The notes under the pieces were generated by a model. That model did not search any database, was not told the DNA's origin, and saw only the letters and a list, made by a program, of their open reading frames with translations. This document shows positions 27,463-37,110 of a stretch of DNA of 64,000 nucleotides, piece by piece. Origin of the DNA: Deltaproteobacteria bacterium (lineage in GTDB: Bacteria; Desulfobacterota; Deferrimicrobia; Deferrimicrobiales; Deferrimicrobiaceae); NCBI GenBank assembly GCA_037439645.1, contig JBBIVQ010000007.1:9029-73028 (forward strand), read 5' to 3'. Made by a program: the position numbers and the translations under genes. Within the stretch, counting starts at the first letter, position 1. Each line of letters opens with the position of its first letter.

Positions 27463-27924
27463 ATGGCCGATCATCTCGTGAAATTGTACGAATTGGAGAT
27501 TCTCCCCGCGGAATTGCCCGGAGTGACGATCCGCAGGCCGATGCCGCATGAAATGACGGCGGTTCGACGGTGGGTCGTCCGGACGTTCGGTGAAGGGTGG
27601 GGGGATGAATTCGAATGCAGTTTCAAGTCGTTTCCCGTAACTTCCTTCATCGCCGTCAGGGGCGACGCCGTCGTCGGTTTCGCGGTGTATGATGTGACAT
27701 CCCGGGGATACTTCGGACCGACCGGCGTCCTCGAGTCCGAACGGGGAAAGGGGATCGGGAAAGAACTTCTTTTCCGGTCGATGCTCGGGCTTCGGGAACT
27801 GGGGTACGCGTACGCGATCGTAGGGGGGGCGGGGCCCGTAGATTACTATCGGAAAATGCTGGGGGCCATCCCGATACCCGGTTCGGAACCGGGGGCGTAT
27901 CCGGTCCGGAGAATCAAGGAGTAA
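27463..27924 (+). CDS. GNAT family N-acetyltransferase
   Basis: 153 aa, ATG at 27463 (GGGAGG RBS). Acetyl-CoA binding region VLESERGKGIGKELL. Confidence 0.75.
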   Translation: MADHLVKLYELEILPAELPGVTIRRPMPHEMTAVRRWVVRTFGEGWGDEFECSFKSFPVTSFIAVRGDAVVGFAVYDVTSRGYFGPTGVLESERGKGIGKELLFRSMLGLRELGYAYAIVGGAGPVDYYRKMLGAIPIPGSEPGAYPVRRIKE

Positions 27925-27949
27925 CAACGTTTTATCCTTGCATCCGCCC

Positions 27950-27980
27950 TTGACAGCCTCTTCTCCATAAATGGTAGAGT
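27950..27980 (+). promoter_or_regulatory. candidate sigma70-type promoter upstream of the T6SS locus
   Basis: TTGACA (27950-27955) and TAGAGT (27975-27980) are separated by a slightly long 19-nt spacer, with a TG dinucleotide (27972-27973) giving an extended -10 form. Located in the gap between the GNAT stop and the first T6SS-associated ORF. Confidence 0.3.
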
Positions 27981-28015
27981 ATTCGAATGGATCGAGCCGG
28001 GCACGGGATCCGCCG

Positions 28016-30274
28016 ATGAGCGAAGGAGGCCACGGATTCTCCCTTCTTCCCCTCCTGGAGGGGGGCCGGGGATCGTTCCGTCTCCGGTTCATGCCCGCCT
28101 CGAAGGATATCGATTCCAACGAACCCACCTCCTTTCCGTTTCTCCTGATATCGGATTCCGATCCCGTCGCCCGTATCGTCGCCGCCCGGGTCGAATCCCC
28201 GTGCGGGGAGCGCATCGCGTCCCTGTTCCTCGTCGTCCAGAAAGACGACTACCGGGTCGACCCGGAGTCGTTCCACCCCGTGACGAACCCGGAGGTAGAG
28301 GGCGCATGGCAACGCGCAGAGGCGGCGTACCGCCGGTTCGACGATCCGTCCCGGCCGCGTTTTTTCCGGGAGTGGGCGGGCGCGGAAGGGGGATCTTCCA
28401 CCTTCGCGCCGCTTTTTCACTGCAGGGAAAAAGGCGGATATTTCCATCCGCCGTGTCCCCGGTGCGGCCGTTCCCTTGACCTTTGCGACGACGATGCGGT
28501 GCTCGCCGCCGCCGGCCTTCCGCTCTACTCGGGGTCGCTCCGGAGGCACCTGTACTGCCGCTCCTGTTCCGCGCATCACGGGGGGATCTTCTACGCGGCC
28601 GACGTCGGAAGCGGGGCTCCGGCCCTTCTTCGGGACCGGATCAGCCTCGTCCGCGATCTCGGAAACATGGGGGCCGCACCTTCCCCCGAAACGGGGTTTC
28701 CCTGTTCCGCGTGCGAGGATCGCGAGGAATGTTTCGGACCCTCCTTGAAGTCGTTGGGCCGGATCGTCCCCTTTTCCTTCTACCCGTTCCACGCGTTCGC
28801 CTTCGACGCCATGTCGTTGTGCGCTCCCGATTTTCTCGCACTCCTTTCCGGGGCCGGTGCGGACACGCTCGCGAAACGGCTGGATTCGGCCGGGGAGCGC
28901 GGAAGGGCGCGGCTGGTTCGAGCGGCGGGGGAGGCGTCTTCGCTCCTGTTCGATCGCGGGGAACGGAAGTTCCTCGAGATCCTCTACCTGAAACTCGCCT
29001 TTCTCGCGGATCTTGCCGGCGCCGTTCCGGCCGGGGAAAAGTTGACGGGGCCGCTGGGCGCTCATCCGTCGGTCGACCGTGCATGGGTGACCCTCGGCCC
29101 CGCACGGGGTCACCTTCCCCGGTACTGGAATTTCCGGACGGACGTCCTGGAGATCGGGCGATTCGCAGGGGCGGATGCGTCGGGCACGGTGTCCCACGCC
29201 TCCCCGGACCTTCTCTTTCTCGGGGTCGCATGGTTCGAAGCGTTGCTCGCCAATGCGAAACAGGACGGAAGAGTCTTGCGGAGCGCGCTGTCCGAGCGCC
29301 TCCGGAACCGTGCGCAGGCGAAAGATGCGACATCGTTCGGAGCGCGGGATCCGGGGTCCCCGTTCCATCCGGGGAACCTGTTCTTCGAACCCGAGGCCGA
29401 TCCTTTATCCGAAGGATCTGCGGATTTATGGGACGGTGTCCTTGCGGCGGGTTGGTCGATCCTTCGGGCCGGGGTGGGCGGGGAGAACGGATCCGGATGG
29501 GAATCGATCCGTGCGGAGATCCGGTCGTTGGCGAGGCGGGTGCGCGATCGCCTGTTCGGAGACGTGGCCCCGATTGCCCCGTCGCGTACCATGGTTCGGC
29601 CGGAGACCGCCGGGCCCCCGGCGGAAGCGTCGCCGGCCCCCCCCGCCACCGGTGCGGATGAAGCGGATGCGGCGGTCGCGGGAATCCTCGACGCGATTCT
29701 CCGGAAATGGACGACGGATGCGCCGGTGCCGGAAACCTTCCCCGCGGCACAGCCGAAACCGGAGCCGGCTCGGCCGCGTCCCGCCGCGCCGCCCAGCGAC
29801 GATTTCATGGTCAAGACCGTAGTGCTCGGTGATCCGCATGCCGCCGCGCGGCCGCCCGGAACCCCTTCGATCGCGGCGGATGCGTTGCCGACGTCCCGTG
29901 GGCCGGCGGAAATCCCTTCGCCGCGGTCCGAAGAGACGATCGAAAAAACGATGATCCTCCGCCCCTTGCGTTCGCCGGACGGGACCTCCGCCTCTCCCGA
30001 CGAATCGATCGAAAAAACCGTGATCCTCCGTGCAGGAACCACGGCGCCGCCGCCGATGAACGGGCCCGCTCCGCCCGTGGCGCCTCCGCCGGCGGACGAT
30101 TTCCTCGACCGGACCGTCATTCTCGGTCCGGGGAAATCGGGAATCGTCCCCCCTTCGCCTGCGAAGACGAACGCGCCGGTCCCCCCGGCGGCGGATGAGC
30201 CGGTCGACCTCGAAAAAACGGTGATCATCAAGGCGCCCAAAGACGCCGGAACCCTTCGGAGACACGGACGATGA
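28016..30274 (+). CDS. T6SS-associated hypothetical protein with Cys-cluster (zinc-ribbon-like) region and C-terminal proline-rich spaced repeats
   Basis: GC3-rich ORF continuous to 30274. Cys cluster CPRCGRSLDLCDD...CRSCSAHHGG...CSACEDREEC. Five repeats of a [DE]x[IL][ED][KR]T[VM]I[LI] unit (DFMVKTVVLG, ETIEKTMILR, ESIEKTVILR, DFLDRTVILG, DLEKTVIIKA) separated by Pro/Ala-rich linkers. Start uncertain: the 27971 ATG coincides with the putative -10, and the first downstream in-frame ATG is 28016. Confidence 0.5.
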   Translation: MSEGGHGFSLLPLLEGGRGSFRLRFMPASKDIDSNEPTSFPFLLISDSDPVARIVAARVESPCGERIASLFLVVQKDDYRVDPESFHPVTNPEVEGAWQRAEAAYRRFDDPSRPRFFREWAGAEGGSSTFAPLFHCREKGGYFHPPCPRCGRSLDLCDDDAVLAAAGLPLYSGSLRRHLYCRSCSAHHGGIFYAADVGSGAPALLRDRISLVRDLGNMGAAPSPETGFPCSACEDREECFGPSLKSLGRIVPFSFYPFHAFAFDAMSLCAPDFLALLSGAGADTLAKRLDSAGERGRARLVRAAGEASSLLFDRGERKFLEILYLKLAFLADLAGAVPAGEKLTGPLGAHPSVDRAWVTLGPARGHLPRYWNFRTDVLEIGRFAGADASGTVSHASPDLLFLGVAWFEALLANAKQDGRVLRSALSERLRNRAQAKDATSFGARDPGSPFHPGNLFFEPEADPLSEGSADLWDGVLAAGWSILRAGVGGENGSGWESIRAEIRSLARRVRDRLFGDVAPIAPSRTMVRPETAGPPAEASPAPPATGADEADAAVAGILDAILRKWTTDAPVPETFPAAQPKPEPARPRPAAPPSDDFMVKTVVLGDPHAAARPPGTPSIAADALPTSRGPAEIPSPRSEETIEKTMILRPLRSPDGTSASPDESIEKTVILRAGTTAPPPMNGPAPPVAPPPADDFLDRTVILGPGKSGIVPPSPAKTNAPVPPAADEPVDLEKTVIIKAPKDAGTLRRHGR

Positions 30275-31023
30275 ACTCCCCGGCGTCCATCTCCGGACTG
30301 GCGGAACTCGTCCGCGATGCGTACCGGTCCGACCCTGCCGGCGCACCCGCGCGGATCGAGAGGATCCTCTCCGCGAAGCTTGGGGGGATGACGGCGGAGG
30401 AAAAGATCGCGGCGGTGCGGGAGGTCCGCCGGCGTTGCGGGGCCTCCGCCGACGTGACCGGAGGGGATTCCGGGACGAACGGCGGGCGAGAGTGGGCCCG
30501 GCTGGCGGCGCTATTGCTCGGGGACCGCGTCGACGTCGCGAATCTTCCCCCGCGGGAACTGTCGGCAAAGCTGGCGGCCTCGCTCAACACCGTGTTCGAT
30601 TCACTGAACGCGACGGTCGGCGGGATCAACGCGACACTCCTCGGGAAGAAGGAAGAGCTCGAGACGATCCGCCTCATCATCGGATCGGACCTCGGAGGCA
30701 GAAAATCTTCCGGCACCTTGCAGGAGTACCTGGACCGGATCCGGGAGGCGTTCGGCATCGCCCACGGGGCGTTCCAGGAGGCGGCGGAGAGGAAGACCGG
30801 GGAACTCCTCGACGAGTTGTCCCCGGAAAACATCGCGTCCAAAGCCGAAGGGGGCCTCAAGTTCGGTCCCATGCGGAAAGCCGAGCTCTGGGACATCTAC
30901 GGGGAGCGGTTCCGGGCCGTACGGAAGGCGCTCGAATCGGGGAGGCTCCGCGAATCGATGTTGCGGGAATTCGAGAGGTGCTGCCAGAGAATGTACAAGA
31001 CGGGGGGAAAGGGGAAACCATGA
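30271..31023 (+). CDS. T6SS-associated hypothetical protein (250 aa)
   Basis: ATG at 30271 overlaps the previous stop (ATGA). The stop overlaps the tssJ start, indicating translational coupling into the T6SS operon. No recognised domain. Confidence 0.5.
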   Translation: MNSPASISGLAELVRDAYRSDPAGAPARIERILSAKLGGMTAEEKIAAVREVRRRCGASADVTGGDSGTNGGREWARLAALLLGDRVDVANLPPRELSAKLAASLNTVFDSLNATVGGINATLLGKKEELETIRLIIGSDLGGRKSSGTLQEYLDRIREAFGIAHGAFQEAAERKTGELLDELSPENIASKAEGGLKFGPMRKAELWDIYGERFRAVRKALESGRLRESMLREFERCCQRMYKTGGKGKP

Positions 31024-31565
31024 GACGCGCACTCCATCTGTTCGCCTGCGGCATCGTCGTTCCGCTCCTGCTCGCTTCCTGCGCCGGAGGTTCTTCCTCC
31101 GGGGGCGGTGCGGGGGGCGCCGCCGGTTCCGGGGTCTACGACTACGAAAAGGACGCGATCACCCTCAGCCTGAAGGGGGATGCGAAGCTCAACCTGTTCG
31201 AGAAAAGACCGCACACGCTGCTGGTATGCGTGTATCAGCTCCGGGATCCGAACGCGCTCAACCAGGTCCTTCAGGACGCGGAAGACGTGACGAAGCTGCT
31301 CGAGTGCGGGCGCTTCGACCCGAGCATCGTGAACACGAAGAAGTTCATCCTTCAGCCCGGCAAAGAGGTCACCGAGGCGCTCGACCGCGCGGAAGGCGCG
31401 CGCTACCTCGGGATCGTGGCGGGGTACTACAACCTCGACAAGCAGCGCGCATCGAGGATCCTTCCCGTCCCGGTCGCCGGCATGTTCGGAAAGAAGGCGG
31501 CCCGGATGAATATCGAAGTCATCCTCGGTCCGGACGAGATCCAGGCGGTAAAGGAGAGGAAATGA
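31020..31565 (+). CDS. tssJ: type VI secretion system lipoprotein TssJ
   Basis: Lipoprotein signal LLLASCAG. TssJ-type LLVCVYQLRDPNALNQV signature. Sized 181 aa and located immediately upstream of tssK-tssL-tssM. Confidence 0.75.
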   Translation: MRRALHLFACGIVVPLLLASCAGGSSSGGGAGGAAGSGVYDYEKDAITLSLKGDAKLNLFEKRPHTLLVCVYQLRDPNALNQVLQDAEDVTKLLECGRFDPSIVNTKKFILQPGKEVTEALDRAEGARYLGIVAGYYNLDKQRASRILPVPVAGMFGKKAARMNIEVILGPDEIQAVKERK

Positions 31566-32953
31566 CCGTCCACCGCCCTCTATTCTGGCACCAGGGGCTC
31601 TTTCTCCAGCCCCAGCATTTCCAGCTCCGCGATCTGTCGGATGAGGTGCCGCACGAACCGTATCGCCGGTATCTCGAACCGCATTTCTGGGGCGCCGGAA
31701 GCATCGAGATCCGGAAAGCGGCGCTCGGGACGCGATCGTTCGGGCTGGCGCAGGGGAGTTTCCTCTTCCCCGACGGCACCTGGGTCGAGTATCCGGGGAA
31801 CGCGCTGGTCGAGGCACGCCCATTCGAGGAAGCGTGGGTCGAGGGAGGGAAGAGTTTCCCGGTGTACGTCGGGATCCGGAAATGGAACGACGCCGGGGAG
31901 AACGTCACCGTGCTCAGCCGTCTCGCGGGCATGTCGGAGGTGACGACGCGTTTCGTCGCTTCCGCCGATCCCGAGGAGGCCAGGGACCTGCACGCGGGCG
32001 GTCCCGCGGGAAAGGTGAAGCGGCTGCACCATCTCCTCAAGATATTCTGGGAATCGGAACGGGAGCAACTCGGGGATTATCTGCTGATCCCGGTGGCGCA
32101 GCTCGACCGGATGGGCGAGGAGATCCTCGCGTCCGAGAAGTTCGCCCCGCCGGTCCTCGCGGTCGCCGCATCCGATCCCCTGTTCAAGCTGGTGCGGGAG
32201 GTCCGCGACCAGCTCGCCGCCCGAAGCCGGCAGCTCGAGGAGTACAAGCGGCAGAGGGGGATCCAGACGGCGGAATTCGGTTCGCGGGACATGGTGTACC
32301 TGCTGGCCCTGCGCTCCCTCAACCGGTACGTCCCCGCCCTCTACCACGTGACCGAGGCCGGGCAGGTCCACCCGTGGGCCGTCTACGGGGCGCTCCGGCA
32401 GTTGATCGGGGAGCTCTCCTCCTTCTCGGAAGGCGTGTCGGTCCTCGGCGAGGCGCCCGACGGCACGCGGCTGCTCCCCCCCTACGACCACCTGAACCTC
32501 TACCGCTGCTTCCTCGCCGCCCAGGCCCTCGTCTCGCAGCTGCTCGACGAGATCACGGCCGGCCCGGAGCACGTGATGCGCCTCCTGTACGACGGCACCT
32601 ACTATGCGGCGGAACTTGCCCCCGCGGTATTCGAGGGGAGGAACCGGTTCTACCTCGTCCTACGGACGCAGGAGGACCCGAAGGCGGTACTCGAGACGAT
32701 CGAGACGGCGGCGAAGCTCGGATCGAGGGAGAGCCTTCCCCTTCTCATCGCCCGGGCCCTGCCGGGAGTCGCGCTCGAGCACCTGCCCGTTCCGCCGCAG
32801 GAGCTTCCCCGGCGGGCGAACTCCCTCTACTTCGCCGTGGACCATCACGGGGAACAGTGGGCGGGAGTGGAGAAGGGACGCAACCTCGCTTTCTACTGGG
32901 ACGACGCGCCGGAAGACCTCGAGGCCGAACTCATGGTCGTAGGGAGATCGTGA
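31562..32953 (+). CDS. tssK: type VI secretion system baseplate protein TssK
   Basis: N-terminus MTVHRPLFWHQGLFLQPQHFQ is the hallmark TssK/ImpJ start. AAGGAGAGG RBS. Confidence 0.9.
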   Translation: MTVHRPLFWHQGLFLQPQHFQLRDLSDEVPHEPYRRYLEPHFWGAGSIEIRKAALGTRSFGLAQGSFLFPDGTWVEYPGNALVEARPFEEAWVEGGKSFPVYVGIRKWNDAGENVTVLSRLAGMSEVTTRFVASADPEEARDLHAGGPAGKVKRLHHLLKIFWESEREQLGDYLLIPVAQLDRMGEEILASEKFAPPVLAVAASDPLFKLVREVRDQLAARSRQLEEYKRQRGIQTAEFGSRDMVYLLALRSLNRYVPALYHVTEAGQVHPWAVYGALRQLIGELSSFSEGVSVLGEAPDGTRLLPPYDHLNLYRCFLAAQALVSQLLDEITAGPEHVMRLLYDGTYYAAELAPAVFEGRNRFYLVLRTQEDPKAVLETIETAAKLGSRESLPLLIARALPGVALEHLPVPPQELPRRANSLYFAVDHHGEQWAGVEKGRNLAFYWDDAPEDLEAELMVVGRS

Positions 32954-32955
32954 CG

Positions 32956-33636
32956 ATGCATCTGACCGATTGCTTCATGGAGCTCATGGCGTACGTGGTC
33001 TACTTCCAGCGGACGTCGCAGAAGCGGCAGCCGCCCTTCGAGCAGGTGAAGGCCGACGTGACCCGCCTTCTCTCGCAGAGCGAGGCGCTCTCCCGGAAGG
33101 GGGAGGTTTCCCGCGAGGAGTTCGACACGGCGCGGTTCGCCGTGTGCGCCTGGGTCGACGAGGCGATCCTCAGCTCGCCGTGGACCCACCGGACCCTCTG
33201 GCAGCGGGAGCAGCTCCAGCGGATCCTGTACAACACGACGGAGGCGGGGGAGGAGTTCTTCGACCGGATGAACGCCCTCGGCTTCCACCAGAGGGAGGCC
33301 CGCGAGGTCTACTACCTCTGCCTCACCCTCGGGTTCATGGGCCGTCACTGCCACGCGGGGGACGACTTCCTGCTCGCACAGCTGAAATCGTCCAACCTCC
33401 AGGTGCTGCTCGGGAGCTCCGCCGGGATCCCTTCCCTCGAACGCGCGGAGCTCTTTCCGGAAGGGTATCCGGCCGAGGCGCCCGTGGCGGCCAAGGCGCA
33501 GCCGAAGTCGGGTTTCTCCCTGTTCACGGCCCTCTGCATCGCCGCGCCGATCGTCCTGTTCGGCGTCCTGTTCCTGATCTACCGTTTTTCCCTGAGCGGG
33601 CTCGGGGATAATCTCTTGAGGACGGTGCCGTACTAA
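32956..33636 (+). CDS. tssL: type VI secretion system membrane protein TssL (DotU family), without peptidoglycan-binding extension
   Basis: 226 aa. DotU-like cytoplasmic domain (FAVCAWVDEAILSSPW...YYLCLTLGFMG) plus a single C-terminal TM (FTALCIAAPIVLFGVLFLIY). No OmpA/PG-binding domain follows the TM. Confidence 0.85.
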   Translation: MHLTDCFMELMAYVVYFQRTSQKRQPPFEQVKADVTRLLSQSEALSRKGEVSREEFDTARFAVCAWVDEAILSSPWTHRTLWQREQLQRILYNTTEAGEEFFDRMNALGFHQREAREVYYLCLTLGFMGRHCHAGDDFLLAQLKSSNLQVLLGSSAGIPSLERAELFPEGYPAEAPVAAKAQPKSGFSLFTALCIAAPIVLFGVLFLIYRFSLSGLGDNLLRTVPY

Positions 33637-36600
33637 ATGGGCGATACGATGATCAAGACGTTGAAGATCGTTCTCCTGGTGGCCGCCGCGATCCTGCTCG
33701 TCCTGCTCCTGTTCGGGATCGCCCTGGCCGTGAACCTTCCGTGGTGGATGGGGTTCGTCTTCGCGGGCCTGTGCGCGGCGCTGGCGACGGGGGCGGTGCT
33801 CCTCCGGAAAATCCAGGCGCGGCGGAAGGAGCAGACGTTCGTCCAGCAGGTCATCGCGCAGGACGAGGCCCGGATCCAGACGATGTCCGCCAGGGAGCAG
33901 ACGCAGGAGAAGGAGCTCCAGGAACGGTGGAAGGAGGCGATCGCCTCCTTGCAGGGATCCCACCTGCGCAAGCAGGGGAACCCGCTCTATGTCCTTCCCT
34001 GGTACATGGTGATCGGGGAGAGCGGCTCCGGGAAAACGACCTCGATCGGCAGCGCGAAGCTCTCCACCTTCTCGGACGTCAACCGCGTGTCCGGCATCTC
34101 CGGGACACGGAACTGCGACTGGTGGTTCTTCGAGCAGGCGATCCTTCTCGACACGGCGGGGCGCTACGCGATGCCGGTCGACCAGGGAAAGGACAAGGAA
34201 GAGTGGCAGCAGTTCCTGAACCTGCTGGTCAAGTACCGGAAGAAGGAGCCGATCCACGGCCTGATCGTGACGGTCGCGGCCGACAAGATGATCGAGTCGA
34301 CGCCCGAGGCGATGGCGGAGGACGGCAAGGCCATCCGCTCCCGGATCGACGAGCTGATGCGGGTCCTCGGTGCGAAGTTCCCCGTCTACGTCCTCGTCAC
34401 CAAGTGCGACCTGGTCCAGGGGATGACGCAGTTCTGCGAGCGGCTCCCCGAGACCGGCCTCGACCAGTCGATGGGATACGTGGACCAGGGTCTCTCGCTC
34501 GACGTGACGACCTTCCTCGACCGGGCGATGAACACCCTCTCCGAGCGGCTGCGGAACCTTCGCCTGATCCTGCTCCACTCGGGCGGTTCGGGCGGGACGG
34601 AGCCCGGGCTTCTCCTCTTCCCCGAGGAGTTCGGCAACCTGCGGCGCGGCCTCGAACCGTTCATGAAGGCCGCGTTCCTCGCGAACCCGTACCAGGAGAC
34701 GCCGATCCTTCGAGGCATCTTCTTCAGCAGCGGCCGGCAGGAGGGGAGCCCCTACTCCCACTTCCTCAATTCCCTCGGGCTGGTCGGGGAGAGGGACATC
34801 CTCCCCGGCACGAACCGCGGCCTCTTCCTGCACGACTTCTATTCGAAAGTCCTGCCGCGGGACAAGGGTCTCTTCGCCCCGACGAAGCGCGCGCTCGAAT
34901 GGCAGAGCCTCACGCGGAATCTCGGGTTGACCACCTGGGTGCTCGTCGGGATCGTCGTCTGCGGGCTGATGAGCTTCTCCTTCGTGAAGAACCTCCGGAC
35001 GGTCCGCGAGGCCTCCCACGAATTCGCCAAGTCCCCGCCGCTCCAGAGGGACCTGCTGGCGGACATGATCGTGATGGACCGGTTCGGGCAGTCGATCCTG
35101 AAGGTCGAGAAGAGCAACCAGGGGTGGTGGACTCCGCGGTTCGGACTCACCGAGAGCATCCGTGTCGAAGAAGCGCTGAAAGCGAAATATTGCAAACAGT
35201 TCCGCGAAGGGTTCCTCACGGACTTCGACCGGAAACTGGCGGCGGAGATGTCCTCCGTCTCCGCATCCACGCCGGACGGGACGGCGGCGCAATACATCGA
35301 CCATCTCGTTCGGAGGATCAACCTCCTGAAGGCGCGACTCGGGGGCCAGGGGCTCGAGACGATCACGAAGTTGCCGCAGCCGGCGTACCTCGCCTTCCTC
35401 TCTTCCGGAGGACAGGACGTCGCGCCGGACATCCGGAAGAAGTTCGGCTCCCTCTACTTCTACTACCTGTCATGGCGGACGGACACCTCCGACATCAACC
35501 AGGAGGTGGGGATCCTCCAGGGGTGGCTCCGGCACGTCCTCGCGACCCGGGGGTCGAATTTCCAGTGGATCGTCGTCTGGGCCGAGAAGCAGAGCGGTTC
35601 CCCTCCCGTGTCGCTCAAGGAGTTCTGGGGCGGTTCGCAGGCGATCCAGGGGGAACGGACGATCTCCCCCGCCTTCACCAGGAAGGGGAAGGAGCAGGTC
35701 GATTCCTTCGTCGGAGAGATCGAGACGGCGGTCGCGGATCCCGTCGCCATGGCCGGCCAGAAGGCGGCCCTCGGGAGGTGGTACCCGCAGGCGTGCCTGT
35801 CGGCGTGGGGGCAGTTCGCGGCCGGATTCCAACGTGGAGCGGATACCCTGAAGGGGCAAAAGGAGTGGCAGGCGGCCGCGGCGCGGGCGGCGACCGACCA
35901 GGGGCCGCACCTGGCGTTCGTGGCGAGGATCGCGTCGGAGCTGGAGTTCCTCGGCGAGGAGGAGAATCTTCCCGCCTGGTTTCAGCAGGCGTACCAGTAC
36001 CAGTCGATCCGGACGCAGGCGCAGGCGGCGGGGATGGCTGCGAAGGCGACCGAGAGCGGAAAGAAGCTGTTGGCGAGGATCGAGCGGACGTTCGGCAAGG
36101 GGACGGAAGGGTCCTCGGCGGCCCTGGCCGCGCAGAAAACCTGGCAGGAGTACCTCGCTTCCCTGACCGCCGTCGTCCAGGCATCCGCTTCCCGGGCGGC
36201 GGCGTTCCAGCTCGCTTCGCAGACGTTCGGCGAAGACCCCGCCGGCGGGAAGTCCCCCTTCTACGCCGGCCTGGGAGCGGCGGCCCGGCTCAAGGCCGCC
36301 GTCGGCGGGAATCGTCCCGTGGACGAGGTCGTGTCGAAGTTGATCACGGGGCCGTTCGATTTCCTCTGGACGTATGTCCGCAATGAGACCGGCTGCCAGA
36401 TGCAGGCGACGTGGGAGCAGACCGTCCTGGCGGAATCCCAGGGTGCGACCGGGTTCCAGGCTTCGCAACTCCTGCTCGGTCCGGAAGGGCTGGTCTGGAA
36501 ATTCGTGAAGGGACCCGCCGCGCCGTTCCTGACGCGCACGTTGAAGGGGTACGGAGGGAAGGACGCCCTCGGGGCGAAGATCCCGTTCGTCCCGGAATTC

Positions 36601-37110
36601 TACGGGTTCCTCTCGAAAGGCGCGTCGGTGGCCGTCGCCTCCGCGGCGGCGGGCGGCGGGAAGTCCGGGCCGTCCGGTGTCTCCGTCAAGGGGCTTCCGA
36701 CGGACGCGAATCCCGAGGCGCGCGTCAAGCCGCATGGAACGCGCCTCGAGCTGCAGTGCGCGTCCGGTCCCCAGGCGCTGGTCAACCTGAACTACCCGGT
36801 GACCAAGGTGTTCAACTGGTCCCCCGAGACGTGCACCGACGTCGTGTTGCAGATCAGCGTGGGGAACCTGGTGCTGAAAAAGGCGTACCCGGGAGACCAC
36901 GGATTTCCGGCGTTCCTCCAGGATTTCCCCGGCGGGCAGCACACCTTCCAGGCGGCGCAATTTCCTGCGGAGAGGGCCGCGCTGGAGCAGATGGGGATCA
37001 AATATATCCGGGTGAGTTTCCGGTTCAGCGGAGAGAAAGGGGTGGTCGGAGCCGCGAAAGCCGCCCCGGGAACCGCGCCGCGAACCGTCGCCGCATGCTG
37101 GTCCCCGTAG
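33637..37110 (+). CDS. tssM: type VI secretion system membrane protein TssM (IcmF family)
   Basis: 1157 aa. N-terminal TMs and a Walker A motif (WYMVIGESGSGKTT). Large periplasmic C-terminal region. Confidence 0.9.
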   Translation: MGDTMIKTLKIVLLVAAAILLVLLLFGIALAVNLPWWMGFVFAGLCAALATGAVLLRKIQARRKEQTFVQQVIAQDEARIQTMSAREQTQEKELQERWKEAIASLQGSHLRKQGNPLYVLPWYMVIGESGSGKTTSIGSAKLSTFSDVNRVSGISGTRNCDWWFFEQAILLDTAGRYAMPVDQGKDKEEWQQFLNLLVKYRKKEPIHGLIVTVAADKMIESTPEAMAEDGKAIRSRIDELMRVLGAKFPVYVLVTKCDLVQGMTQFCERLPETGLDQSMGYVDQGLSLDVTTFLDRAMNTLSERLRNLRLILLHSGGSGGTEPGLLLFPEEFGNLRRGLEPFMKAAFLANPYQETPILRGIFFSSGRQEGSPYSHFLNSLGLVGERDILPGTNRGLFLHDFYSKVLPRDKGLFAPTKRALEWQSLTRNLGLTTWVLVGIVVCGLMSFSFVKNLRTVREASHEFAKSPPLQRDLLADMIVMDRFGQSILKVEKSNQGWWTPRFGLTESIRVEEALKAKYCKQFREGFLTDFDRKLAAEMSSVSASTPDGTAAQYIDHLVRRINLLKARLGGQGLETITKLPQPAYLAFLSSGGQDVAPDIRKKFGSLYFYYLSWRTDTSDINQEVGILQGWLRHVLATRGSNFQWIVVWAEKQSGSPPVSLKEFWGGSQAIQGERTISPAFTRKGKEQVDSFVGEIETAVADPVAMAGQKAALGRWYPQACLSAWGQFAAGFQRGADTLKGQKEWQAAAARAATDQGPHLAFVARIASELEFLGEEENLPAWFQQAYQYQSIRTQAQAAGMAAKATESGKKLLARIERTFGKGTEGSSAALAAQKTWQEYLASLTAVVQASASRAAAFQLASQTFGEDPAGGKSPFYAGLGAAARLKAAVGGNRPVDEVVSKLITGPFDFLWTYVRNETGCQMQATWEQTVLAESQGATGFQASQLLLGPEGLVWKFVKGPAAPFLTRTLKGYGGKDALGAKIPFVPEFYGFLSKGASVAVASAAAGGGKSGPSGVSVKGLPTDANPEARVKPHGTRLELQCASGPQALVNLNYPVTKVFNWSPETCTDVVLQISVGNLVLKKAYPGDHGFPAFLQDFPGGQHTFQAAQFPAERAALEQMGIKYIRVSFRFSGEKGVVGAAKAAPGTAPRTVAACWSP

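Noticed and set aside
27971-28015. ATG at 27971 as start of the first T6SS-associated ORF
   Set aside because: It coincides with the putative -10 hexamer (TAGAGT at 27975-27980) of the only promoter-like element in the gap and has no RBS. A downstream in-frame ATG is preferred, and the start remains uncertain.
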